Positions 14,672 to 25,051 of a stretch of DNA of 64,000 nucleotides are shown here, in pieces. The notes below the pieces were generated by a model. It was not told the DNA's origin. It was given only the letters and a program-made list of their open reading frames with translations, and searched no databases. Position 1 is the stretch's first letter; each line of letters begins with the position of its first letter. A program made the position numbers and the translations under genes. The stretch comes from Promethearchaeota archaeon. GTDB taxonomy: Archaea; Asgardarchaeota; Lokiarchaeia; Sigyniarchaeales; SOKP01. The stretch spans positions 26,586 to 90,585 of the forward strand of contig JAHPZI010000022.1 of assembly GCA_019058295.1 (NCBI GenBank), given 5' to 3'.

Positions 14672-15136
14672 TTAAGATGCCGAACAGTAAGCAACTATAA
14701 TATCAGCAATAACTGAAAATTCGATGAAAGTAAAAAAAATAAATAAAAATTCAGAAAAAATATTTTTTGAGATATTATGGTTTCCGTAATATATCATTAT
14801 TGAAATCGCTGCAAGGAAGCATGTTATCCAAGTTAAACAGATAAAAAAGAATCCTACCTGGATTGATTCACAGTAAATTGCTGTAAATTTTATAAATGAT
14901 ACAATGAAAATGAGTACAATAAATGATATTGCGATACCATTATAAACACATAAACCTAAAAAAGTGTCGAATTTTTTGAAACCTATTGTTAACCATATAG
15001 TCGCAAGAACAACAGATCCAATAAAAAATGGAATAAAATAGAATATAATTACTGCTTTTTCTAAGTTATCTATTTCATTATCTGTGTCATTTTCATCCTT
15101 ATTTGAATTTTGCTCTTTATCCATTAAAAATAACAC
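14672..15136 (-). CDS. Hypothetical small membrane protein
   Basis: 154 aa with an acidic N-terminus followed by about 4 hydrophobic helices. No recognisable motif. Confidence 0.4.
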   Translation of the reverse strand: MLFLMDKEQNSNKDENDTDNEIDNLEKAVIIFYFIPFFIGSVVLATIWLTIGFKKFDTFLGLCVYNGIAISFIVLIFIVSFIKFTAIYCESIQVGFFFICLTWITCFLAAISIMIYYGNHNISKNIFSEFLFIFFTFIEFSVIADIIVAYCSAS

Positions 15137-15252
15137 CTCCTTCGAGACAATAATCGAAGTTTTACAAAAACCCCATTAAAAAAAATGATAATATTCCTAT
15201 TTAAATGTTATTTTTCATCTCGCGTAGCTTCTTGCTTAATTATATAATTTTT

Positions 15253-16017
15253 TTATTCAATTTTTTTATATAAATTTAGCAATCCATACGCCATTATTGA
15301 AATAGTTATAATATTCAATATGTTTATTATGGTCATGAAAATAGTTAAACTTATTAAATTTGATTGAGTTGGATTTACTCCTAATCTATATGTGAAAAGA
15401 ATTGAAAATAGGTTTAATAACACCCGTATTAAATATCCGAAAGCAACGAAAAATGCATTTCTTCTATATTCTCCAGAAGATCTCAAACCAATTAAGAAAA
15501 AACCCCCTACAAAAAACAAAGTCTGAGTAAGGATAAGTCCCATAATAAGAAAAGTATTCAATAAAACTGGAGTATCGATGAATTGGAAGATGAGATATAA
15601 CAAATCAAATGTTATTAAAAAAGCAATAATTAGAATTTGAATTATTGATACTATGTGTTTGTTTTTAATAAGTGATTTTTTAAACATTTGCTTCTCTAAT
15701 ATATAGATTAAAGGCATGGTTCCTATTATTGTTGTAATATATCCAATGAGTCTTAATATCATCATAGGATGGGCAGTACCCGCAGATATCCCTGTTCCAA
15801 AATTTGTAGTTTTATTAAAGATATAAATCATAATTTGGCCAATTAAAACACAAAGAAAGAAAATACTCATTGTAAATAAAAATGGTTTAGCTACCATATC
15901 CGCTTTCTTTAATCGGATTAATAAAAAGATAATGATAATTCCAAATACAAAAAATAATGAAAAAGCACTAACGTCGTAAAAAATCATATAAATAGACATT
16001 ATTATATCAGATATCAA
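15253..16017 (-). CDS. Hypothetical polytopic membrane protein
   Basis: 254 aa with about 7 predicted TM helices. No recognisable motif. Confidence 0.45.
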   Translation of the reverse strand: MISDIIMSIYMIFYDVSAFSLFFVFGIIIIFLLIRLKKADMVAKPFLFTMSIFFLCVLIGQIMIYIFNKTTNFGTGISAGTAHPMMILRLIGYITTIIGTMPLIYILEKQMFKKSLIKNKHIVSIIQILIIAFLITFDLLYLIFQFIDTPVLLNTFLIMGLILTQTLFFVGGFFLIGLRSSGEYRRNAFFVAFGYLIRVLLNLFSILFTYRLGVNPTQSNLISLTIFMTIINILNIITISIMAYGLLNLYKKIE

Positions 16018-16087
16018 AAAGATTTTTAATATTCATATATAGAACTCTTTTTCATATAAATATTGCATTAAATTTTTGACAAAATTA

Positions 16088-18091
16088 TTAATTCCAAAAG
16101 GGATATAAATTCTGTGTTATTGCATCTTTTGTATCTGGAACAACCTCAAGCTCTGATTTAACCCAATCGGATATCCATTGATATTTCTGTTTAAATCTGC
16201 TGTCCATGAATATAATAGCACCTTTGTCTGATATTTTTCTTATTGGACGCCCAGATGCTTGGTTTGCGCGTTGAATAGCTGGATATAAATATCCAAAATT
16301 CCATCCTTGTTTATTAAATACCTTATCATAATAATCAATTTTCGCATTCACCCGAGGAGTTGGCAAATGATAAGGAAATCCCGCAACTACCACAGCATTC
16401 ATAAAATCTCCGGGATAATCCTCTCCCTCAGAATTTCGTCCACCGCATACACCTAGTAAAACCCCACCATTATTTTGCGAATTTGCCATTGACTTAAAAT
16501 CATTTACTAAGATAGCATTCTCTGACGCCCTTAAGCCAGGTTCTTCAACAAACAATTTTTTATTATTTTTTTCTACAACTGAGTCTATACCATTTGAAAG
16601 CAATCCTTTTAATATTTTATATGAAGCACAGAATATACCTACATTTGCAGGAGTACAATATAAAACTTCATCTATCTTAGAAATCATCTTTTTAAACATA
16701 CTTGCTGTTCTACTTTCTCTCTTCGTATCAACTCCTTCGATAATAAGCGCTTTAATATTTTTCTTTTTAAAGGGTGAGTCTGCGATTATACCCTTATAAC
16801 TTTTACCACTTTCTTGAAGAGCCATTAGATTATTAAATACGTAAGGATTTACAGTTCCTGAAAGATTTAGACAAGTATAACAGCTTTTTAAAATAGGGAT
16901 GGCAATTTCTCTTGGATCCAATGCTAAAATTTCAAGAGCAATATTTTTTTTTCCTTTTCTTTCTTGGATTCTATAACAAAAAAAATAGCTGTCTAACGCG
17001 TAAGTTTTAATCCATTTAAGCCAAAATTCTGCTAATGAGCCAAGAAAATCCCTTGAAATTTCACCATTTGCAATTTTTTCTTCGTGGATAGACTCACTAA
17101 AATCGTACAAATCATTGATAAAATTTTTAAATTCGTTTAGATCTGAGAATCCAAGTTTTTTATATATTAATTCTATTAAAACATTTGGAGCTATTGCCTT
17201 CTCGTCTACCTTTAATGAATTAATCTTCTTATCCAAATGTTCTTTTAAAATAGTAACAAAGCTTTGCATAAGAATTGGCGCTTGATACATTTCTAAGTCT
17301 TTTAAACATAACTTTAAAGAATAAGGAGTAATTCGAGCCGAATTTACTTCTGTTGCAACGTCTATAATATTATGACATTCATCAATAACTAAAATACAGT
17401 TTTGTAATTCACGCCCAATAAATTTTAAAAAAGTCTCACGTATAAAAGGATTAAAAATCCACTGATAATTGCAGATAATAACGTTCATTTCTTCTAATAA
17501 GAATTTACTTAGAAAATATGGACAAAGTTTCTTGTCTTTACAAAATTTTATTAGCTCTTCAGCATCAATTGGCTTATTAAATAATTCAGGAGCAATAAAA
17601 ACAGGATTCTCTAATTCACTTTTTTTTTTCAATAAATTTAAGAAATGAGAGCAGTTTTTATTTCTTCTCAAATCTTTACATACAGACATGGAATCCATTG
17701 GATTAAGTTTCATTGATAATAGTGTTTTATTTAAACACATTTCGTTTCTACCACGGATTGAGATTCCATTTATTGTAAAATTTAAGTTGTTTTCTTTAAT
17801 GAAATTAGAAATTTTAACTAACTCCTTAATAACCCTAGTGTTTTGAGCGTGTGTACGACAAAGATATATTATTTTCAATTCTTTTTTAATTATTAAGGGG
17901 AGAAGGGCACTTAAAGCAATAATGGTTTTTCCTGTTCCATTTGGAGCTACGAGCAATATGTTCTTTTTAGTGTGAGCACTTTTTTCTATTTGTTTTATAA
18001 TATCTTCTTGTGAAACTCTAAATTGTTCATACGGGAAAAATTGCAAATAATTGTGAGAAGTCAATAATTTATCTCCAAGGTTTTGATTCAT
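16088..18091 (-). CDS. XPD/Rad3-family (DEAD_2) Fe-S DNA helicase
   Basis: 667 aa. Walker A is APNGTGKT and the DEAH-like box is IDECHN. Four Cys are spaced as in the XPD 4Fe-4S domain (C..C..C..CPYF). The C-terminal helicase motif is RANQASGRPIR. Confidence 0.8.
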   Translation of the reverse strand: MNQNLGDKLLTSHNYLQFFPYEQFRVSQEDIIKQIEKSAHTKKNILLVAPNGTGKTIIALSALLPLIIKKELKIIYLCRTHAQNTRVIKELVKISNFIKENNLNFTINGISIRGRNEMCLNKTLLSMKLNPMDSMSVCKDLRRNKNCSHFLNLLKKKSELENPVFIAPELFNKPIDAEELIKFCKDKKLCPYFLSKFLLEEMNVIICNYQWIFNPFIRETFLKFIGRELQNCILVIDECHNIIDVATEVNSARITPYSLKLCLKDLEMYQAPILMQSFVTILKEHLDKKINSLKVDEKAIAPNVLIELIYKKLGFSDLNEFKNFINDLYDFSESIHEEKIANGEISRDFLGSLAEFWLKWIKTYALDSYFFCYRIQERKGKKNIALEILALDPREIAIPILKSCYTCLNLSGTVNPYVFNNLMALQESGKSYKGIIADSPFKKKNIKALIIEGVDTKRESRTASMFKKMISKIDEVLYCTPANVGIFCASYKILKGLLSNGIDSVVEKNNKKLFVEEPGLRASENAILVNDFKSMANSQNNGGVLLGVCGGRNSEGEDYPGDFMNAVVVAGFPYHLPTPRVNAKIDYYDKVFNKQGWNFGYLYPAIQRANQASGRPIRKISDKGAIIFMDSRFKQKYQWISDWVKSELEVVPDTKDAITQNLYPFWN

Positions 18092-18167
18092 AAATATTGA
18101 TGAAATTCAAAATTTATATAAAAGAGGACCATAAAAATTTATTTATTAAGGATATTTAATAAAAAAA

Positions 18168-19046
18168 ATGAATGAGAATTATAATCTAAAATTAAAAGAT
18201 ATTTATTCTGAAAGTCTTGTAAGAGATTTAGTTCTATTCTTTTTTCTATTTATTTTAGTTGTTGCTCAAAAATGGGATAATATTCTATTATTACTATTTC
18301 CTCTAATATCTTTTAGCTTCGCCATTTTTTTTAAAATTATAGATATTATTAAGAAGAGGAGCGAGGGAGATAATAGTCAAATTATTTATAATCCCTTAGG
18401 TAATGAAAAAAAACATGCAAATCGATTAGTTTTTTGTGCTCTATTACAATTAATTTTATTATTCTGGTTTGGCGCTGAATCATTCTATCATCCACAATTG
18501 ATTGATAATTATTATATTTATTTCATCTCTTTTATCATATTTTTCTATACATTTGGTTTTTACTGGATGTTTCTTGATTTATGGAAATATAGTAGGATTG
18601 AAATTCTAAAAGAGGGAATCGAAGTTAAAGATTCTCAAATACTCTCCAAAAATATAGACAATGTCGTTTCTTTTCTCAAAATGAAAAATTTTAAAATAAT
18701 TTCTTTTATTAGCTTGTTAATTTTTATAATCTTAAACTTATTAAATGTATTTTTTGCATTTTTAATTCACCTCGGAATTATGCCAGGAATAAATTATACT
18801 TTACCAGGTTCTGGCATTGAAGAATCAGATCCGATTAGTATCTCGTTTTTTATCTATGGAATTATTGCTATATCACCTTCAGCATCTATAATCTTTCTCT
18901 TTTTAAACTATAGAGATATAAATAATATAAATAAAGAAAAATTTTATAAAGTTATAGATTCTTTACCTAAGGATGTAAAAAATAAAATTATTGAAAATCT
19001 CGAAACACTTAATAAAAAATTAAAGTTTATATTAAGACTGGAATAA
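18168..19046 (+). CDS. Hypothetical polytopic membrane protein (immediately upstream of small GTPase)
   Basis: 292 aa with about 6-7 TM helices. It ends 19 nt before the GTPase start and a GGAG SD lies between them, so a likely operon. Confidence 0.5.
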   Translation: MNENYNLKLKDIYSESLVRDLVLFFFLFILVVAQKWDNILLLLFPLISFSFAIFFKIIDIIKKRSEGDNSQIIYNPLGNEKKHANRLVFCALLQLILLFWFGAESFYHPQLIDNYYIYFISFIIFFYTFGFYWMFLDLWKYSRIEILKEGIEVKDSQILSKNIDNVVSFLKMKNFKIISFISLLIFIILNLLNVFFAFLIHLGIMPGINYTLPGSGIEESDPISISFFIYGIIAISPSASIIFLFLNYRDINNINKEKFYKVIDSLPKDVKNKIIENLETLNKKLKFILRLE

Positions 19047-19065
19047 TTATAATTATAGGAGAAAA

Positions 19066-19596
19066 ATGACTACTAGGTTACTATTCAAAATAATTGTCGT
19101 TGGTGACGGAGGGGTCGGAAAATCTACTATGATCCAAAGATTAACGACTGGGCAATTTATTCCAATGAAAATTACGATTGGAACCGATTTGATCACTCAT
19201 GATGTAGCAATAAGTGATACTGAGCTGGCAAAATTACAGATTTGGGATTTTGGGGGGGAGAAACGATTTCGATTCTTTTTACCGAATTATTGTCGAGGAG
19301 CTGTTGGATGTTTACTATGTTATGATATTACACGCTTTAGAAGCTTAGAAAATTTGGAGGAATGGTATAATATTGTAAAAGAAAACACGGTAGATCCGGT
19401 TATTATTTTAGTTGGACAAAAACAAGATTTAGCAGAAGAAAAGAGAGTTGTAAAAGTTTCTGATGCAGAAGCATTTCAACAAAAATATAGTCTTCCCTAT
19501 TTTTATGAAACTTCTTCCAAATCTGGATACAATAACGAATTGATTTTTAGAATACTAACTAAAGCAATTATAGTAAAACAAAAGAAAGTATTATAG
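19066..19596 (+). CDS. Ras/Rab-like small GTPase
   Basis: 176 aa. G1 is GDGGVGKS, G3 is WDFGGEKRF, G4 is GQKQD and G5 is ETSSKSG. Confidence 0.85.
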   Translation: MTTRLLFKIIVVGDGGVGKSTMIQRLTTGQFIPMKITIGTDLITHDVAISDTELAKLQIWDFGGEKRFRFFLPNYCRGAVGCLLCYDITRFRSLENLEEWYNIVKENTVDPVIILVGQKQDLAEEKRVVKVSDAEAFQQKYSLPYFYETSSKSGYNNELIFRILTKAIIVKQKKVL

Positions 19597-19662
19597 AGTT
19601 CTTAGTTTTTCATTAAAAAATAAAATAATAATAAGAAAAAAAATATTAAAAAAAAGAATTGG

Positions 19663-20601
19663 TTAATCCTCAAGTAGCTCTTTAATTTCCTCTGCATTTA
19701 ATTTTAAATATTTAGCAGCAATTAAATCCTTACCTAAGAGAGTTTTAAAATTCTTTTTACGTTTTTTATTAATAAATTTTTTCATTTCACTTAAGTCAGG
19801 GTTCTTGTTAGTGATATCTATCAATCCCATCTCTACTGCTGCATCGACTACTTTCTGCCCGATATCCGTCCTTATTATTAATAATGCTTCTCCATCTGGA
19901 GCTCCCCACGGTGAGTGTGAAATGTCAGAAAACTCACCTGAGAAGTCAGTACAATATCTACATCCTGCCATTCCACCTGAAGAGCAAGCATTAGCAATTC
20001 TGAGAGAAGTGCGCTCTATCCCTGTGTTAAAATCAGAAACCATAATTTTTGCGACGCCGCGAATATGACAAGGGTTACCAAGAATTCCGATATCCTTCTT
20101 TTTATCTAAATATGCTTCACCAATTCCTGTTACTAAAGGTCCGGCACTCTCAAGAGTAAGTTTAGGTATGTATTGTTTAGCATCATTTGCATTATCGACA
20201 ACAATAGGGAGCGCAAGAGGGGGGCTTTTTTGTTTTGGTTCTCCTAAGACCATATGCTTAACGATTCCTTTTTCAAAAGCTGCTGCGATAAGATTATATA
20301 AGATTTCATCGCTGTTTTTTGATTTAACTTGAATTATATCTTTATAAACGCCAACAGCTAAATCAATTCTGCTTGAACCAAAAAGAGACTTTTCGATCTC
20401 GCTCACTGGAAAAAATGTTCGAGGACAAGAATTATAGCATAATCCTATTGTCTCTGAACAATTATCTACGACATATGCTTCTCCTGTTTCTAGATTGAAA
20501 TCCATATGCGGGCAAAAAGAATTGCAGCTTCCGCAATGAATGCATAAACCTTGAAATATTACTTCTGCTTCAAGATCTTGGCTTGATTTTTCTACTTTCA
20601 T
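19663..20601 (-). CDS. FrhB/FdhB/FpoF-family F420-binding protein with N-terminal 2x[4Fe-4S] ferredoxin motif
   Basis: 312 aa. It has CIHCGSCNSFCP and CYNSCPR motifs, and its length and layout match F420 hydrogenase/dehydrogenase beta-subunit-like proteins. Confidence 0.5.
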   Translation of the reverse strand: MKVEKSSQDLEAEVIFQGLCIHCGSCNSFCPHMDFNLETGEAYVVDNCSETIGLCYNSCPRTFFPVSEIEKSLFGSSRIDLAVGVYKDIIQVKSKNSDEILYNLIAAAFEKGIVKHMVLGEPKQKSPPLALPIVVDNANDAKQYIPKLTLESAGPLVTGIGEAYLDKKKDIGILGNPCHIRGVAKIMVSDFNTGIERTSLRIANACSSGGMAGCRYCTDFSGEFSDISHSPWGAPDGEALLIIRTDIGQKVVDAAVEMGLIDITNKNPDLSEMKKFINKKRKKNFKTLLGKDLIAAKYLKLNAEEIKELLED

Positions 20602-20669
20602 GATTTTTCTTCTTAAAAAATTTTTTTTTTAACTTAAATTGCAAAATTTTTGAATGCAAATAAAATTTA

Positions 20670-20701
20670 GTGTGAAATTTCACACATTGAGTGATATTCA
20701 C
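20670..20701. promoter_or_regulatory. Perfect 16-bp palindrome plus adjacent half-related palindrome upstream of the FrhB-like gene
   Basis: GTGTGAAATTTCACAC (20670-20685) and GTGATATTCAC (20691-20701). They lie about 70-100 nt upstream of the start at 20601 and downstream of the small wHTH gene. Confidence 0.45.
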
Positions 20702-20812
20702 AAATATCAAAAAACTAAAGTAGTTTTCCCTTAACGTATAAATTTTAGTATATTTTATGTATTTAGAGAAAGAATAAAAAATTAAATCATTAATTTTTTT
20801 GATATTCTCTGT

Positions 20813-21106
20813 TCATTCTTCCCTCTCAACTAAAAATCTACTACATGTATCGTCTAATTTTTCAATTATTTGTTCACGATCTTTCCAAATTATCCATGTA
20901 GATCCTGATTTTTCAAAATTATATCCAGTATATTCTTCTTTTTTCAACCGTTCTAATGTTTTTTTAACGAAACTCCAAGAAAAACCAGTTTTATCAACAA
21001 TTTCTTTTATAGTAATTGGGTGATTCGTTTCGAGTTCATTATTAATAAACTCTAAAATCTTTTCAAATCCAGTTTTTAGTGGTGAATCTACATTTTCAGA
21101 TGACAA
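20813..21106 (-). CDS. Small winged-helix DNA-binding protein (putative regulator)
   Basis: 97 aa. HPITIKEIVDKTGFSWSFVKKTLERLKKE resembles a wHTH recognition region. The start is TTG. Confidence 0.4.
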   Translation of the reverse strand: MSSENVDSPLKTGFEKILEFINNELETNHPITIKEIVDKTGFSWSFVKKTLERLKKEEYTGYNFEKSGSTWIIWKDREQIIEKLDDTCSRFLVEREE

Positions 21107-21147
21107 TTTTAGTTCAACAATTATTATTTGTGTTTTATTTAAAATAA

Positions 21148-22338
21148 TTATTTCCTCATCTTAAGAAATTTCCCTGATTTCATTAATTCACATGGTTTAA
21201 AGTATTCTTTACCCGACTTCTTTACGAAATCCTCTAATAATTTTGACCATTTTTCATAATTCCTTTTACCAGCACCAAACGGTCCAGGCATACTCATTCC
21301 GGCTAACATTGTATCATCAATGACCTTATATCCAGAAACGACACCTTCCTCTAAAAGTCTACAACCTTCATTTAATTGAACTGCCATGAATAGATCGAAA
21401 TCAATGAGATTTGCTTTTTCTGCTTCATTTATGATGGGTTTACCATCTTTCTTCCATTCATAGAAACCTCTTCCAGTTTTTCTTCCTAAATTACCCTCAT
21501 TAATTAATTTAGTAATAGCTTTACTGGGAGCAAAATCTGGAGAGAGAACTTCCTCAAAATATTTTAATGTGTTATAGATGGTATCTAACCCTAAATAATC
21601 TAATCTCGCACATGGACCTAATTCTTGTAGATCTTTAACATCAGCATCAAGACTTTCCCATGGGAGTCCTTTTTTCATCGTTTCATCAAAGAGCCAGTTT
21701 AGATACGCACTACTTGCTATAGTTAATCTATTTACAATAAATCCCGGGCTCTCTTTTTCAATTCGAGCAATAAATCTTTTTCCCTTAAGACATGGAAGTT
21801 TCTGGCCAACTGAAATAGTAATTTCCATAGTTTCTTCGGATGTTTTCTCTCCTTTAATTACTTCAATTAAACGTAAAACTGGAATAGGGATAAAATAGTG
21901 CATACCAACCACTTTATCTGATCTATTACAACTCTCAGCAATTTTAGAAATGCTCATAGTAGAAGTATTTGTTGCTAAAACCGCATGTTCCGGAGCAAAT
22001 TCCCCTAATTTTTTAAATAATTCCTGTTTAAGGTTCATTTTTTCTGGTATTGCTTCAACAATAAAATCTGCCTTTTGTACAGCCTTAACTAAATCTAATT
22101 CTTTCATGAGTTTATTCATGAGCAAATCAGTGGTAAAACCCTGACTTAACTTACCTTTTCCTTCGATCTTTTTCAAGCCGTTTTCAATGTAAATACTTGC
22201 ATCTTCAAGGGCCTTTTGACTAATGTCGTTTAATATAACTTTTTTAAAACCAGCCATCAGAGAAACTTGAGCGATTTCACGCCCCATGACTCCCGCTCCG
22301 ATAACGGTAAATGTCTTAATATTACTAATATCGACCAT
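21148..22338 (-). CDS. 3-hydroxyacyl-CoA (3-hydroxybutyryl-CoA) dehydrogenase
   Basis: 396 aa. It has a Rossmann motif VIGAGVMGREIAQV, HFF-like MHYFIPIPVLRLIE, and the C-terminal dimerisation domain duplicated as in long Hbd/FadB-like forms. Confidence 0.8.
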   Translation of the reverse strand: MVDISNIKTFTVIGAGVMGREIAQVSLMAGFKKVILNDISQKALEDASIYIENGLKKIEGKGKLSQGFTTDLLMNKLMKELDLVKAVQKADFIVEAIPEKMNLKQELFKKLGEFAPEHAVLATNTSTMSISKIAESCNRSDKVVGMHYFIPIPVLRLIEVIKGEKTSEETMEITISVGQKLPCLKGKRFIARIEKESPGFIVNRLTIASSAYLNWLFDETMKKGLPWESLDADVKDLQELGPCARLDYLGLDTIYNTLKYFEEVLSPDFAPSKAITKLINEGNLGRKTGRGFYEWKKDGKPIINEAEKANLIDFDLFMAVQLNEGCRLLEEGVVSGYKVIDDTMLAGMSMPGPFGAGKRNYEKWSKLLEDFVKKSGKEYFKPCELMKSGKFLKMRK

Positions 22339-22375
22339 TTTTAATCACTAAATTAATATTAATAAATTTATATAT

Positions 22376-23446
22376 TTAGAGAATAGAAACAATATACCAC
22401 GTAAGGAGCATTGTACCTATTCCTAGAAAAATAGATATTGGTAGTCCTGGTAAGATTTTATTTTTTTTTAATCCTTGAATTGTAATTCCAGTTCCGATCA
22501 TTATAGCAATGGCAGTTAAAATCATTACTATTAAACTGCCAGTTATTATTAATGCAGCTGAAGTTAACATGCTATAAAATGCTAAGTCACCAATTCCAAT
22601 TTCTAATTTTGAAGTATCATATATAGCCTCACCACTCTCAATTTTCTTTGCTAATTCCTCTTCTGATAATTCTTCCTCAGTATTATTTTGGGAAGCAATA
22701 TCGATCATTTGTTTTATTGGCCCGCTTTTAGCTTTTACAGCAAAAATGTCCCATATCGAGAATCCAATTAGTATAGCTAAAGTGGTCCAAAGTGGCATGA
22801 TGACTCCAAACATAGCTCCAACTAAAAAACTTACGTATAAAACAAAGAAATTTTTAGTTAAATAAGATTTAGTAGTAAAATACTTATAAAGCATAATAAT
22901 TATAAAAGCTCCAGAACCGAATAAAATAATATAACTAACAATGATATAATATATAAAAACGATTTCAGTATTCGGCAAATTATAGAAAATTATATATGTT
23001 ATAATTTCGGCAAAGAAATAAGTTAAAATGAATCCAAGAAATCCAAATGAAAAACCAAAAACAAATTTTAGAATCCCTATTCCGAACTTTTTAACTAAGA
23101 AAATGATAATGAAAGAAGATATCGCTGCAACCAAAACAAAGATTAATCCATTTATTAAGCCAGCAGTTAACCCATATTCTTCTTCTGAAATATAGCCGCC
23201 TTCTACTTGGACACCTGCTAATACATAAGTAGCATAAGCTAAAAAACCCGCACATATAACAGCTATAATTATAGGAAGTGGATATAAATTGCGAGAAATC
23301 CTAAAAGTTGGGAAAAAATGGGGAATAAAATCCTTTTCGATTATTTCACTTTCTGATTGTTTTTCAGCTAAGGTATTTTTTAATTTTTCTCGTTCAGCTT
23401 CTACTTCAATTGAGGAATCATTTGTATCTTCTGGTTTATCTGACAT
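22376..23446 (-). CDS. Presenilin/signal-peptide-peptidase family (A22) intramembrane aspartyl protease
   Basis: 356 aa and polytopic. The first catalytic Asp context is FSIWDIFAV. The GxGD motif is IGIGDLAFYSML. A PAL-like motif LPGLPISIF is near the C-terminus. Confidence 0.65.
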   Translation of the reverse strand: MSDKPEDTNDSSIEVEAEREKLKNTLAEKQSESEIIEKDFIPHFFPTFRISRNLYPLPIIIAVICAGFLAYATYVLAGVQVEGGYISEEEYGLTAGLINGLIFVLVAAISSFIIIFLVKKFGIGILKFVFGFSFGFLGFILTYFFAEIITYIIFYNLPNTEIVFIYYIIVSYIILFGSGAFIIIMLYKYFTTKSYLTKNFFVLYVSFLVGAMFGVIMPLWTTLAILIGFSIWDIFAVKAKSGPIKQMIDIASQNNTEEELSEEELAKKIESGEAIYDTSKLEIGIGDLAFYSMLTSAALIITGSLIVMILTAIAIMIGTGITIQGLKKNKILPGLPISIFLGIGTMLLTWYIVSIL

Positions 23447-23576
23447 AATGATAAAAAAGTTTGTTTAAATATTATATGAATTAATTTATTATATCTTTAA
23501 TGACTTAAAAAGTATAAAATTATAAACTAGAACTAATTAAAATTTTAGAAAAGAAAGATATTAACCTCTAAGAAAA

Positions 23577-24818
23577 TCAGAAATTCACTCTAGGTAGGTG
23601 TTGTACAAATTCTTTGACTAATTCTACTCGATGTTTTCTTTCTTTATTATAATATCTAAGCGGATACAACTCGTCAATTGTAAATTTATACAGTTTAATC
23701 CATGTTTCAGCAATTTTACTAACTCTATAATTTTCAGCGATTTTTTGAGCATTTTTTCCAAACTCTGCCCTAAGATCGTCGTCTTTAAATAATTTTATAA
23801 CATAATCAGCGAACTCATCTAAATCATCCGCAAGATATCCAGTTTGTCCGTGTCTAATTACATCGCTAATACCATATCCATTAGCACCTACACTTGGAGT
23901 CCCTTGTGCCATTGCTTCTATCAATACAAGCCCTTCTGCTTCAACCCAAGACCATAAACAGGTAAGATCGGCAGTGTTAAATAACTTCAATAAATCATTG
24001 AAGGGCACTCTTCCAGCACAGCTAACATAATCTAATTTACTTGATAAACTCTCTACATATTCAGATGAGGGTCCATCACTTCCAACGATCAAGAGATGAG
24101 AATCTGGTACCTTTTTATGAATTTGCTTGAATTTTTTAATAACGCTTATCATGTGCTTTTCGGGGGACTTTCGAGAGGCATATAGTAAAAGTTTATCATT
24201 AGGAGATACATCGTATTTTTCTCGGATTCCATTTCTCTTTAAATTTTGAAAATAGTGATCATGGATTCCATTTGTAAAATAAACAATTGGTTCTTTGAAT
24301 TTATTATCTCTTAATTGTTGCTTTTTAGATTTAGTAGCAACATGTATTAAATCATATTTATTAAGTACATGACGTTCATAATTCCATAATATTGAAGATT
24401 TGGATATAAGCTTGCCGATAAGTGGAAAATACTGTCCAGCATAAAATTGAAGAGGAGAATTATGCGTTCCTATCATTGGGATTCCTAGATATTTGCACCA
24501 GTTTATAGCCATGCTCCCGATTGTAGTGTGTGTCATTATATGACCAATATCTAAATGGTCGTGAGGGCAAAAGAAAATTTTATGAATAGGGACACAAATT
24601 ACAAATTCGGTGCTACCTCGGAGTCTTGCACCCCCAAGATCGTGAAGATATAAATTATTAGGTGTTTCATAACCATTTGTAATTTTTGGTGCAAAAACAT
24701 GAACGTTATGTCCAGTTTTAGCAATTGCCTCTGATAAAAATCTCACAGCATGAGCAGTACCGTTTGTTTGCGAATACATCACGCTAAAAAATCCTATATC
24801 GAGTACTTGCTTAGCCAT
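23577..24818 (-). CDS. GT4-family glycosyltransferase
   Basis: 413 aa. The E-x7-E region is EAEGLVLIEAMAQGTPSV, with a GT-B layout. Confidence 0.75.
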   Translation of the reverse strand: MAKQVLDIGFFSVMYSQTNGTAHAVRFLSEAIAKTGHNVHVFAPKITNGYETPNNLYLHDLGGARLRGSTEFVICVPIHKIFFCPHDHLDIGHIMTHTTIGSMAINWCKYLGIPMIGTHNSPLQFYAGQYFPLIGKLISKSSILWNYERHVLNKYDLIHVATKSKKQQLRDNKFKEPIVYFTNGIHDHYFQNLKRNGIREKYDVSPNDKLLLYASRKSPEKHMISVIKKFKQIHKKVPDSHLLIVGSDGPSSEYVESLSSKLDYVSCAGRVPFNDLLKLFNTADLTCLWSWVEAEGLVLIEAMAQGTPSVGANGYGISDVIRHGQTGYLADDLDEFADYVIKLFKDDDLRAEFGKNAQKIAENYRVSKIAETWIKLYKFTIDELYPLRYYNKERKHRVELVKEFVQHLPRVNF

Positions 24819-25051
24819 ATTTTATATCCTAAAATTAATGTAATATTTAATCAAATGATTGTCTTATTAATAAATAATTTGCTTTATTAAAAAAATATTA
24901 ATTTCTTAATAAGTTAATATTTCTATCTTTTCCTCTCTAATTTATACATCTTTTCAAAAAAAAATTTAGTAAAAAATTTATATAAAGTTTAATCAAAAAA
25001 TTTTTTTGACTTCCATAATTATTTAATTTACAAATCGAGAGTGTATGAAAT

